NCBI RefSeq assembly: GCF_021028975.2
Contig: NC_059425.1
Location: 115,444,001 to 115,508,000, forward strand
Reading direction: 5' to 3'
DNA: 64,000 nucleotides
DNA from: Sphaerodactylus townsendi
Taxonomy: Eukaryota
The notes beneath the pieces were generated by a model, which saw nothing but the letters and a program-made list of their open reading frames with translations, did not search any database and was not told where the DNA came from. Below, piece by piece: positions 1 through 11,380 of the stretch. How positions within the stretch are numbered: the stretch's first letter is position 1; each line of letters starts with the position of its first letter. The translations under genes were made by a program, and so were the position numbers.

Positions 1-2689
1 GTGTGGGATCCTGAATTGACTGAAATGAATGTCTGGCTTGCATGACCCTATTCCTTTCAGGCAACCCAATCCCCCAGTCACCCACAGCATAAATCTGTGC
101 TTGATGGTAGGCTCCAAGGTGCTGTCAGTTCCAAAGGTTTGGAAGACAACCAACTCCCACCTCCATGGGCCATTTTGGAGGGGTAAGTGCACAGAGATGT
201 TCAAAGATGCTAGCAGAGAAAGGTGTGACCAGTCAGGTCCCTTCTGGACCAGTGTCCTCAAGTCCAGATGACAAGGCTTGAGAGTGTCAGTCCATTCTGG
301 CAGCCTAGAACCAACAGCAAAGTACTCACACAAAAAACTTACACCTAGTAGACCAGTTGATCTAATAAATCAACTTTCACAACCCTCAGTCTAAATAGGG
401 TGGGAAATAATAATCTCCAGCTGCCATGTTGGCAGGTATTAAGCTACTGTTGCTGCACTGTGCTTTGACCAGGATCCTGCAAAGACTTACTGTTCTTGCA
501 GCATGGCTCTGGGAAGAGGTTGTTTGAAGCCGGTCAACCACTTTCCTTTCTTTTGGCCATCTCAACTCAACCTTCTGCTATGTTCCAGCAGAGTGCAAGT
601 AACTGGGGGGAAGGGGTTAAAGGCCCAGGTGTGCATCCTGCCAATAGAAGTCAGGAGCTTACAAGTAAGTTGGTGTTACTTACCATCAAAAGAGAGATGT
701 CAACTAACCACTGATGGTCAGGTAAATCTCTACCTGTGGCTTTTTAAATTTTAAAAGGTCAAGGTCTAAACTGGCACTGGACTTACCATGCTGAAAATGT
801 ATCCACTGGGGGCTTCTCCTCATCACCAACTTTGGAGGTAGCAGAGCCTGTCCCTTCAGACAGATAATTGTGAGTGTGCTGGCAGACACTGGATTTCCTT
901 AATGTTTAGGAAGTGAGAGATGAAAAGAGTTTGTTTAATAGGTAAAGACTTCATTCCAAATATGATCTAGTTCCAGCTGACTCCAGTTCAGACATGGGAA
1001 CATGAGGGAAATGCTGGGTCATGATATCTGGAGACAATATCATTTATATCAAAGGCTGACACGTACTTAACAGTGGAGGGGTTAAAGGGGACAATGTTTG
1101 TGCGTGATGCTTTCTTTTAGATAATGAGTTTGTAATGACTGATGAACTTCCATATCCAAGAGATTTGAAAAAATAAAAAGGTGATGACCAATTGTTAACA
1201 ATCCTGTGAGAAAATTCTTCCCACAGTTCCCAGGACAAAAGTGTTGTATTGACGGGAAAGCAAAATACTGTTCCATACAGGATGTTAAAGGATTCATGTA
1301 TGGCTTTGGGGATGTGGGAAGCACAGCATGCTCTGGTCAAAGAGGATATGCAGCTGTAAACAGGAAGCTCTTGCAGGCACAGCTGAGTCCTTGGATATGT
1401 TCAGAAGTCCTTGGAGGATTTAACTGAGACAGGTAGCTGTTGCCTGGGCTGCTCATTTCCACAAAGGCATACAATTAGGATATAACTTCTTACAATACAG
1501 TACAGCATACAACTCACAGCAACCTCACTGCTGAATCTCTCTGCCAATTCAGTGTTCAAGTTTCACAGGCATGGAGGTGGTTTCCAGAAATCTCTATTAG
1601 ACCTGTGAATTAAAGGTTTGTTTCTGGGATGCTGAGAGCTGAAAGCAAGGAAATCCCCAGTTCAAATCTTCCATATACTAGCTAACAAAATTTAGCCTGT
1701 GTTTGTTTTAAAAATTCAGAACTCATCTATAATGCTGGGTATATATAACTATGTTTCAGTAACGTGTTCAAAAAGATGTTGGTTCTTCTCACTAAGTCCC
1801 TCTTAGGGATATTAAATAGAATTGACTAGTCTGCAAGCAGCATGTGATCTGGTCCTGTCTACTCTGCTACTCTATTAAATTGGGAGCAGGGTACAGACAC
1901 CTATGACCAATGACTTTTCTAAAGCACAAGTTTTTTTCCTCTACCCTCTCCCTCAAAGTCTCAAAACAGAATGGGTTTAATAAGTTTATTTAAATATCTT
2001 ATCTACATCATAACTTATTAAAATATACTAGCATACTGTAAAAGCAGGTTCTGCTAGGCAGCCTGAATATGGCTGATTTTATTACCGGTAGGTAGATACA
2101 CCCTGGCTCCAAACTCAGCTATTAATTACACCAGCCTGCACATATCATCTGAGCATATCACCAGTCCCAGCCAGTACAAGGTCATCTTTATTTGAATTGG
2201 AGAGAAGGTCAGAACAACAGGTTCTAGAACTATATTGACATGAATTTATTTGTTTGTTTGTTTATTGCTCTATCCCCACAGGTTCAGGGTGGGTTACAAC
2301 ACTGACATTAAAACAATCAATAACTTTAAAACAGCATACAGTAAATAATTAAAACCAGTTGATAACAATACTGGGCACCAACATTAATTTCTCATGATAT
2401 GTTCATGAGATGGCATGTTCATTTTTCTAACCTCTCCAGATACGGGGATTAACATTGCAGATAATTTCTGTGGAATGAGAGGGTGTTTTAGCATGAAATA
2501 ATTTATCAGGCAGGTACTGAGCATTTCCCCTATGGACAGTTCTTCTCACTGGATTCCATGACAGGTTGAGGTCAGATTGTCCCACTCCTAGTATATTTTA
2601 CGCTCAGTAATTAGCCCAGTACTGTGAAACTCCTTCCATTGGGAGGTCTGGTTGCTATATCACTTCTATCTTTTAGAAAACAAATGAAG

Positions 2690-3312
2690 TGTGACTTAGT
2701 GGGTGGCAATTCTACATTCCAAGTTTGCTCCATGGTATAGCCTCATTTAAAAAGATAATTACAGAGCCTCTTATCTTGTTGGTATAACCTAATATTATAT
2801 AAGAAAGGCTCTGACAGCATTATGCTTTCAATCAATGCCGACAAAGTATCTAAAAGGCAGATGTGCTCAAACACCATTAGAGCAGCAAATCTGTATTTGC
2901 AGATGTGAAGTAGAGGATCTACCTCATTATGTGTTGAACTGTCCCTTGTATGATGAGCCTAGGGCCAAGTTCCTTCATAGCTTTATATCCATGCCCCAGG
3001 TATACTCTAATGCAGATAAAATATACCTTCTTTCAGATTCAGATCCTTATATATCCTATAGGGTTGGCCTTTTTGCGTTGGCGGCCTCAAAGATTTGATC
3101 TAAGACTATATAAAAGGAAATAGTATAACTGAAATTTGCGCAAGTTATGTTATATACTAGCTCAGATACATGGGAAGGGTGGATTGAGAGGGATTGAGGG
3201 TCCATATATTTTATTCTTAGTTGGTAAATCTTTCATTGTATATTATGTTGATTTATACATTTTAATATTATAATGGACTATGACTCTACAATAAAGTTTT
3301 ACTGATACTGAC
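2690..3312 (+). mobile_element. RTE-X-like LINE, 3' fragment (ORF2 C-terminal CCHC zinc knuckle)
   Basis: Translation ...RKALTALCFQSMPTKYLKGR..P..QQICIC..VEDLPHYVLNCPLY (ORF 2835-3098) matches the LINE C-terminal GR..P..R.C.C...ED..H....CP.Y motif. It is followed by AATAAA and an (ACTGAT)-like tail at ~3290-3312. Confidence 0.7.
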
Positions 3313-3314
3313 TT

Positions 3315-3465
3315 TGTGGACTATCTGACTAGGATCTAGAAGGTCCAGGTTACAATGTCCCATTTTACCACTGAAAATTGCTGGCTGATCTTAAGCCAGA
3401 CAAACACTTTCAGCATATCCTACCTCACAGGGTTGTTGTGAACATTAAATGGAGTGGAGAACAAT
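3315..3465 (+). mobile_element. Degraded tRNA/CORE-type SINE (MIR/Squam3-like)
   Basis: Contains gactaggatctag..., gctggctgatcttaagcca and cctacctcacagggttgttgtga, similar to the better-preserved SINEs at 9800, 30990 and 45410. Confidence 0.5.
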
Positions 3466-5282
3466 GGCCCTTTCCACACAAACCTTTTAAAATATTTTGA
3501 GGCTGAAAATAAAATGTTACCTCCACTTACACAAGCAATAGCATAAGGGCCATAGAATCCCAAAGCAATCCTGTATATTTTTTATGAGATAACTGTGCAT
3601 ATGGAGCTACAGAATGTTCAGCAGATGGTTTGCATGATCTTATTTTTCTTTTGAAATTGCATGAAAAGAAATACCTTTTGCTATGTCTTGCTCTGGCATA
3701 AAATACAGCAAGATACTTTGCACAAGTAGATAGCAAGAAGTAATTTTACCATTTCCACGCACACAAGGATTACTGCACATCTTTTATGAGACTGCACATA
3801 TAAGTACAATACATCCCATCCATCTAAAGCAGAAAGTTTTATGTCAGGCTGCTCTAGCATTTTTCATTTTACAAATCAAACAATATATGTTAGGTTTGAA
3901 AACTGGTTATGCTTATTTAATGACTTCCAGATCCATTGTTTACACTAGAACATGCCTTTTAAATGTTTATTGCAATCATCAAAGTAAAATTAAAAATTCT
4001 TCTGAGAAAATTAATACATAGAGAAAAGGAATATGGAAGAAAATATTTACATCTTTGAAAATAACTTCTAGTAGTAAGTCATAATTGTGTAAAAGCAGCA
4101 ACCAAACATTTTTTTAAAAAACAAGGAAGAAATGTATCTTCTGCTCATCCTATATATTAAATGGAGTTTTCGGCCATGAAAAAATATGGAAGTCATGCTT
4201 TCACTTTCCTCACACAATGGCTGTGACATCAAGTGATGACTTGTGGATGTGGCAGAGCCTTCACAAATCAGCAACCACAGGACCACTCAGCACCTCAAAC
4301 ATCACAGCGGTTTTAAACTGAGGCAATTCACAGAGTCAGCTTCTTAGCAGGTCCCCCAGTGATGAGACTTTCAGCCCAGTTCCAAACACGTTTACTCAAA
4401 AGGAAGTCCTGCTGAATCCCATTCTTAAATAAGTGTGCATAAAATTGTATCTTCACTGATGTAGATTCATGTGTGAACCAACCATCAGAAAGAAATTAGG
4501 CTTCATTTAAATCAAACCCATTCTGGCTGTTACAGAAAGTCAGTAAAAAGGGTGCCAGTTGATAAATCAGAGCAGATGTCCCGAATCAGATGTTCTCTGC
4601 CACATCACACAATATTGCGCAGATTATTTCAACATGCTGAGCAATAATGCTTTAAAAATGCCTTGCTTGAAAAATTAACTTGATGGATGTTAGCATTTAA
4701 TGTTTTTCTTCTCCAGGTACTTTTCTGTTAATATTACTGTAAAAATGGTGAACTGACCTCCCTGTGCCCCATAAGGATCAAAAGGCTGCCTGCTCAGCGA
4801 TCACGCATAGACTGAAATCAACTCAACCTAGCATGAACTTTCATTAGTTCCAATTAAATCTGCAATTTCACAGACATGGCTTTTTTCTCCAAACATCATG
4901 TTGGATTCACTCAATTTAGGCTGTTGGCATTACTGAACAATCCAGCCTCCTGCTGCTACAACATGATCCAGTTGTGGGTGGCTTCATTACTTTCATTTGT
5001 CTGCTTTTGTTCAGCTAATCACTGGTCCTCACAGATCTTGTGACCATGAATTCTAGCAAGGGTTGCATTAAAAATACTGTGAGCTTCCCTAGTTTTTGCT
5101 TTCAGCAGCCAATAGTAATTAACACTTTGTTAGGGTTTCCATTCTCCAGATGGGGCCTGGTGATCTCTCAGAATTAAAACTGATCCCCAGTACTCTGATT
5201 CTGCTCACTATTCTAGCACTACGTTGGTATTTTACAGCTGTGACTTTGGTTGGTGTGATTGTTGTAAATGAATAATCAGGGA

Positions 5283-6346
5283 AGTAGGGGTGGGTAGTGT
5301 GGAGGTAGGGGTGGGTAGCGTGGTGGCCGAGTTTGCAGATGATACCAAATTATGTAGGGTGGTGAGAACCACAAAGGATTGCGAAGAGCTCCAAGAGGAC
5401 CTTGATAAATTAGGTGAGTGGGCTCAGAAATGGCAAATGCAGTTCAATGTAGCAAAATGTAAAGTGATGCACATAGGGGCAAAAGTCCAAACTTCACATA
5501 CACGCTACAGGGGTCAGTGCTATCAGTCACAGACCAGGAAAGGGATTTAGGCGTCTTAGTGGATAGTTCCATGGGAATGTCAACTCAATGCATGGCAGCT
5601 GTAAAAAAGGCAAACTCTATGCTGGGGATCATTAGAAAAGGAATTGATAATAAAACTGCAAAGATTGTCATGCCCTTACATAAAGCAGTGGTGCGACCGC
5701 ACTTGGAGTACTGTGTCCAGTTCTGGTTGCCGCATCTCAAAAAGGATATTGAGGAGATAGAAAAAGTGCAGAGAAGGGCAACAAGGATGATTGAGGGACT
5801 GGAGCACCTTCCCTATGAGGAGTGGCTGCAGCGTTTGGGACTCTTTAGTTTGGAGAGAAGGCGGTTGAGGGGGGATATGATTGAAGTCTACAAAATTATG
5901 CATGGGGTAGAAAATGTTGACAGAGAGAAATTTTTCTCTCTTTCTCCCAATACTAGAACCAGGGGGCATCCATTGAAAATGCTGGGGGGAAGAATTAGAA
6001 CTAATAAAAGGAAACACTTCTTCACACAACGTGTGATTGGTGTTTGGAATATGCTGCCACAGGAGGTGGTGATGGCCACTAACCTGGATAGCTTTAAAAG
6101 GGGCTTGGACAGATTTATGGAGGAGAAGTCGATTTATGGCTACCAATCTTGATCCTCCTTGATCTGAGATTGCAAATGCCTTAACAGACCAGGTGATCGG
6201 GAGCAACAGCCGCAGAAGGCCATTGCGTTCACATCCTACATGTGAGCTCCCAAAGGCACCTGGTGGGCCACTGCGAGTAGCAGAGAGCTGGACTAGATAA
6301 ACTTTGGTCTGATCCAGCTGGCTTGTTCTTATGTTCTTATGTTCTT
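5283..6346 (+). mobile_element. Young 5'-truncated CR1 LINE (RT C-terminal half plus 3' UTR)
   Basis: ORFs 5290-5550 (FADDTKL...LDKLGEWA.KWQMQFN..KCKVMH) and 5517-6152 ([34 protein letters not shown]) are joined by one frameshift. It has a (GTTCTTAT)n tail at 6325-6346 and a candidate 5-bp TSD AGGGA (5278-5282 / 6347-6351). Confidence 0.95.
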
Positions 6347-7489
6347 AGGGATTTGACAAAATGATGATTAAGGATGGCAGTTAACCTGCAAGGGTAGGAA
6401 TTAAAACAAATCTTCAGGATGTGTTTGTCTGTGGGAAAAAAGCAGATTTTTAGTTCAGTATTCTACAGGACAAGGAGCTGTGAGAGTTGTGTTTTGAGTG
6501 AACACTAAGAACCCTGGAGTATAGTGTCTTTCTCTCTCTGGAGACCTGCAGTCTGTCAGCTTGCTTCCAGTTGCCTCTGTTTGTACATTTGAAAATAAAG
6601 TAAATGTTACAAAGGCATTGTAAATCTCTGGAGCATTTGCTTATCGCAAGGAAATTAAACCCTGTTACATTGCCCCAAAGAACTTCTAACTGCTTTGTGA
6701 AACAGAGAGCATATAACACTGCTAATTGTACTGGTGTCCATAGTAACCGTTAATTAGAAAGAGCAGATAATGTGACCCTTAAAATGTTGTTTAGAATAAA
6801 GGTCCTCTTGAAAGGATTTTTCTTACACAAGAAAATAGAAGTTATTATTTCTATTTTTTACTTATATTTCACAAGAAATAGTTGACATGACAATAACGCA
6901 GCCAGGAGGAGAATTACTGAAAAACCATTGGTATTTCTCCCACAACAGCATCTTTACATACCTTTGTAAGGCCACTTAAGTAATTGCCTTTCTTTCTGGC
7001 ATGAAAGAAATAAACACCAGGCAGCCATTTATCCCAGGAACAATTACATTTTCTTATCTTTGCACAATTAGATCCAATCAGATAATCCCTGGACTTCAAA
7101 GGACCTTGGAAAAAGATTCAAAAAGTCATCAGCAAATAGAATCCCCAAAAATATGACCCAGATAATAAAATTAATCTATGCTCACAAGTTGACTTATATC
7201 AGGAATTTCCTTCCCCTCAGTACAAACTGAAGCTATAACTATCAGACAAAACTGCTTGAATTTCTGTACAAGAAAGTAACATGATAGCCATTATATTCTA
7301 GGTGATTAAAAATAGAATTTAAATATGGAAGAGTGTTATTATCACCCTTGACCCTGCACTTACCACTGGGAACAGCCCTGCCAGCAAAACCCAATGCTGC
7401 AGTCAACTGAACTGAAATACTGTGCCAAAAACTGAGTTTATTCAGTCAACTTCTAGATCAAAGAGCCAATTCACATATTACTTTATTTT

Positions 7490-7585
7490 GCTGTAATAAA
7501 AGACCAGAGTTCTGTGGTACCTTAAAGACCAATAACATTTTATTCCAGCAAACGTTTTCATAGACTAGACCATGATGAGTGGATA
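7490..7585 (-). mobile_element. Penelope-like element terminal remnant
   Basis: gtggtaccttaaagaccaataacattttattccagc resembles the recalled squamate PLE terminal-repeat motif gtagcaccttaaagactaac...ttattccagc. Short and degraded. Confidence 0.45.
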
Positions 7586-8419
7586 CTTACTATTCTGCGA
7601 TTTTATTTAGGATGTGTGAAAAAGCAAACAGCAAAGCCAAGGACACATGAAACAGAGAAAATACAGAGTGAAATTTAACTAATGCAAAAATCAAATCTAG
7701 TCAAGAAAAATTCACTAGTCCTAAACTAGTCAAGAAGACACTAGTCCTACACAGTTTGTGATGGAACAAACACAAGAAAAGAGATATTTGGTGAATTTAT
7801 TTATTTATTTTTGCACTACATCTTTTGTGAATGGTTTGATTAGAGGATTCGAGATTCAGCCTGTGCCATGATCAGACAATTATCTCAACATGCTTGTGAA
7901 TGTGGTGCCGTGTGTGTGTGTGTGTGTGGGGGGGAACTGGGGCTCAGGGCAAAATGGCACCCACACCCTTCCAACATGCCCTCCTGCACACTCCCACCCC
8001 CCACATGCCTTACTTACCTTTAAAAACTAAAAGAGCAGCCTGCTCCAGATCATGGAGGCTGCTCTGGGCCTTGAAGGCAGACGGAGGGGTGGGGGGAGCG
8101 ATTCTCCGCCCCCATGCCTACACCCGTCCTGTGGTAGCTCCACCTATGTGTGAATGTGGCATCAACTGTCTGCTGGAATGGAGAACCAATTAAATCTTTC
8201 ATCTGTAGAGACTCATGGATCTGACTGGTTTCTAGAATGCTCTGGAAGATTTTATTGGCCCACACTATAGTTCTGTTGTAGTTTGAAACCATTGTTATTT
8301 TGCCAATAAAAATTGCAGGAAAGGAAGAAGGATTAAAATAATAAAAATAAGTAAACATAGACAATAATAATACATTTAAAAGCAACTACAATTATATCAG
8401 AATTCATTATTAAATAAAT

Positions 8420-9410
8420 AACAATTGCTTGTTTTTATGGTGCATTTTTCTCAGCTGTGATGGTTTTTCTGGTCATAAACAACTATGTGTGTCAATTTTC
8501 AAGTCTGTAATTTTGCTATTCTTTGCCCTGGATTTTTAATCCAATCTGTAATCCAAACCAAGCCACTTGCCTGATAGTATAACTTGATATTAGGCACAGC
8601 AAGACCTCCTCTTTTCTTTTCATTTTGTAGAACTTTAAATCAGATTCTAAATTTTTTGTTATTCCAAATAAATGCATTTAAGTGAGATTGCCAGTCTCTT
8701 AACATTTTATCTTGTATTTATATTGGTAACATTTGAAATAAAAAAATCAATTTTGGCAAAATATTCATTTTGACTGCTGCTATTCTTCCAAACCAGGATA
8801 GTTTTAATTTACTTCATCTTAGTAAATTTTCTTTCATTTTTTTTCCAGGTGACTGATCGAATAATTGTTTTTAAATAAAGTTTCATTATGTCCATTTAAG
8901 TTAATGCCTAAATATTTCACAGTTGTAGAATGGACATTACAGTCCGTAAATTCATGAATTTTCACTATTTCTTGCTGTCCTGAAGCATTTAAAATAATCT
9001 TTGTTTTTCTTTTGTTAAATTTTCTAATGTTAATTTTATAACTTGAAAATGATCCCTATAACTCTATCTGGTCCATCAAGTGTTTAACTGATAGTTCTGG
9101 GTTTACAACTGTTAACACTACATTATCTGCATAACAGTTTATCTTAATCTGCTCTAAGACTTTCTGGGCCTGTGAGGTTTTATATTTTTTTTCTAAAAGT
9201 TTTAACTGTTCTGTTATGCTTCTAATCTGTTGGAATTTATCTCTTTTTTTCTTGGATGGTACGGCAATCAGTTTTTATCTCATAAATGCTTTACTGGCTT
9301 CCCATGCAGCCTTTCTGGATGTGACCTCAATTTTATTAATTTTGCAGAATTCCACCAGATTTTCTCTACATTTTTCCATGACTTCTTTTTGTAATGTAAA
9401 GTCTTGGTAA
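8420..9410 (-). mobile_element. L1 ORF2 remnant, internally deleted
   Basis: Minus-strand translation gives AWEASKAFMR.KLI (post-endonuclease linker), KINCYADNVVL (YADD motif, 9122-9133), and [22 protein letters not shown]...FIWNNKK.RI...KRGGLAVPNIKLYYQA. Stops and frameshifts are present. Confidence 0.85.
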
Positions 9411-9799
9411 CCCAACATATAGCAATTCTAGAACATTATTGGTGTTGATGTGAAAAGTAAGTATAATTTCTAGTAATGGGATTTTTGTTCTGCAATGAAT
9501 GAACTAAGTTCAGTAAGTCCATATATTGAAACACATTGCTGAGTAATCTGCCTTTAGCTTTTTGAATCTATCCATATTTGGGTCTAATGCAGCATTCATG
9601 TCTCCAGTTAATATTTAGAGAGAACTTTTCCGGAAAACTTTTCCAATTTATTCTAGACTATAGCTCTGTTGAAGTCAGTGAGACTTCGAAATATAAAACT
9701 CTGGGAGGCATCTGCTCCCTTCAAAATTATAACCTCCTCAGTGGTTTCCTTTGGAGGTGCATGACTTGAAGAGGGGCCACATATAATATGTTGTTGTTG

Positions 9800-10080
9800 T
9801 GGCGTAGGAGGTTAAGAGTTCGTGTATCTAATCTGGAGGAACCGGGTTTGATTCTCCGCTCTGCTGCCTGAGCTGTGGAGCTGGTGAATTCAGACTAGCC
9901 TGTATACTCCCACACACACCAGGTGGGTGACCTTGGGCTAGTTACAGCTTCTTGGAACTCTCTCAGCCCCACGTACCTGACAGGGTGTTTGTTGTGAGGG
10001 GGGAAGGGCAAGGAGATTGTAAGCCCCTTTGAGTCTCCTACAGGAGAGAAAGGGGATATAAATCCAAACTCTTCTTCTTC
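9800..10080 (+). mobile_element. Squam3-type tRNA-derived SINE
   Basis: A/B-box-like head (tggcgtaggaggttaag; ggtttgattc), core ggtgaccttgggctag, 3' gtaagcccctttgagtctcc..ggagagaaagggg, short (CTT)n tail, and an 11-bp TSD TGTTGTTGTTG (9789-9799 / 10081-10091). Confidence 0.85.
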
Positions 10081-10619
10081 TGTTGTTGTTGGAAAACTTG
10101 AACCAAATCTGAACCATCATGTTATTTTGATGACCTGTGAGGTGGTGGTAATAGTGGTAAAGAAGTCTCAGTTTTCTGCTACCATTGCAGTTTGATTTGT
10201 GATATTTCATTTGTTGGATCCTAAATTGGAGTCTCTACATCCTTAGGAATTGGAAATGATGCTTTAGAAAAGAATTAGGGATTGTGGACTATATTACTGT
10301 ATATAGTATGTTCTGCCTGTAGTTGTAAGTTTGCTCCTGCTATGTAATTTCTGCATTGTTTAATATGTCACATTTAAACACATGCTTTGTTTCTGCTTTG
10401 TTTCATCTCTTTTCAAATTTTTCTTCTTTTCAGAGTTTTTCAGTCCAAACTGTATTGATTACTTACTGAATATCCCATCCTGCTGATCATACTGGCTTAT
10501 ACTGTGTAATTTGCCTTGAGTATGATTGACAAAGACAGATTACAAATAACACAAATAAATAAAATAAATCAGATTCCAGTTGTAATATGCTTCAGGAAAC
10601 AGAGGTGCCTTCCACTCTT

Positions 10620-11380
10620 GGGCCTTTTTTGCATGGTCAAAATGCCCCGGGGTAGGTCCAGGAACTTATGTGCCACAGGGCTTTTCCCCCTGTTTCTGAT
10701 TCCCCACAGCTCCCCAGTTGTTCCCAGCAGTTGAGGTAGGGCTGGTGTGATATGCCCCAGCTGTTTCCGCACTAGCCCAGGGCTTTCCCATTTGCACCAT
10801 AAGCTCTTCTGCAATCTCTTCCATGCATATGTGGACAACCTCCATTTTCCACATTCCAGTTGGCTGATTCTCCCCCCATTTCGCCACTCACTTTCACTAG
10901 TTTAGTTTTAAATGACTCTGAATCCAAAACTCTTTTTGTGTTGATAAAAGATATGGCTTTCATTGCAGTGAAAAAAAACACAGAGGGAGAAACTGTGGAT
11001 TTTAGACAGGGATGGGTGGTGGGTGGAGTGCACTGATCCTCTCAACCACACATGGGTTTTAGACAGAGGTTGTGTGTGCAGGGTGCCGCCTATTTATTGG
11101 TGGGGCAAGCCAGAGCAGTGAGGCAGGAAAAATGGCCCCTGTTCTGCTACCATGGTGTTTTCATGGCAGTGGAAGCACACAGAGGCAAGCGGAGTCACAC
11201 AGGTGCATTTCAAAAGAACATCCAATTTGGCAGTTTTTGAAAGCTGCAAAAAAAAGGGAAAATGGTGGTGTAACTCAGGGGCAGACCCAGTGCAGCTTTG
11301 AGGACCGTGAAGAATTCCAGGCTACACTGGGATATTCCCTGTGCTAACATCAGTACAATTTCGCCGTGAAAAAAACATCC
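10620..11380. mobile_element. Possible old Harbinger-type non-autonomous DNA transposon
   Basis: Degenerate terminal inverted repeats gggccttttttgcatggtcaaaatg / caatttcgccgtgaaaaaaacatcc (about 17/25 matches) bound a GC-richer block. Confidence 0.35.

Noticed and set aside
1-1440. Several short ORFs and splice-like signals on both strands in a slightly GC-richer block
   Set aside because: No recognisable protein or TE motif could be supported. It may be a decayed TE and is left unannotated.
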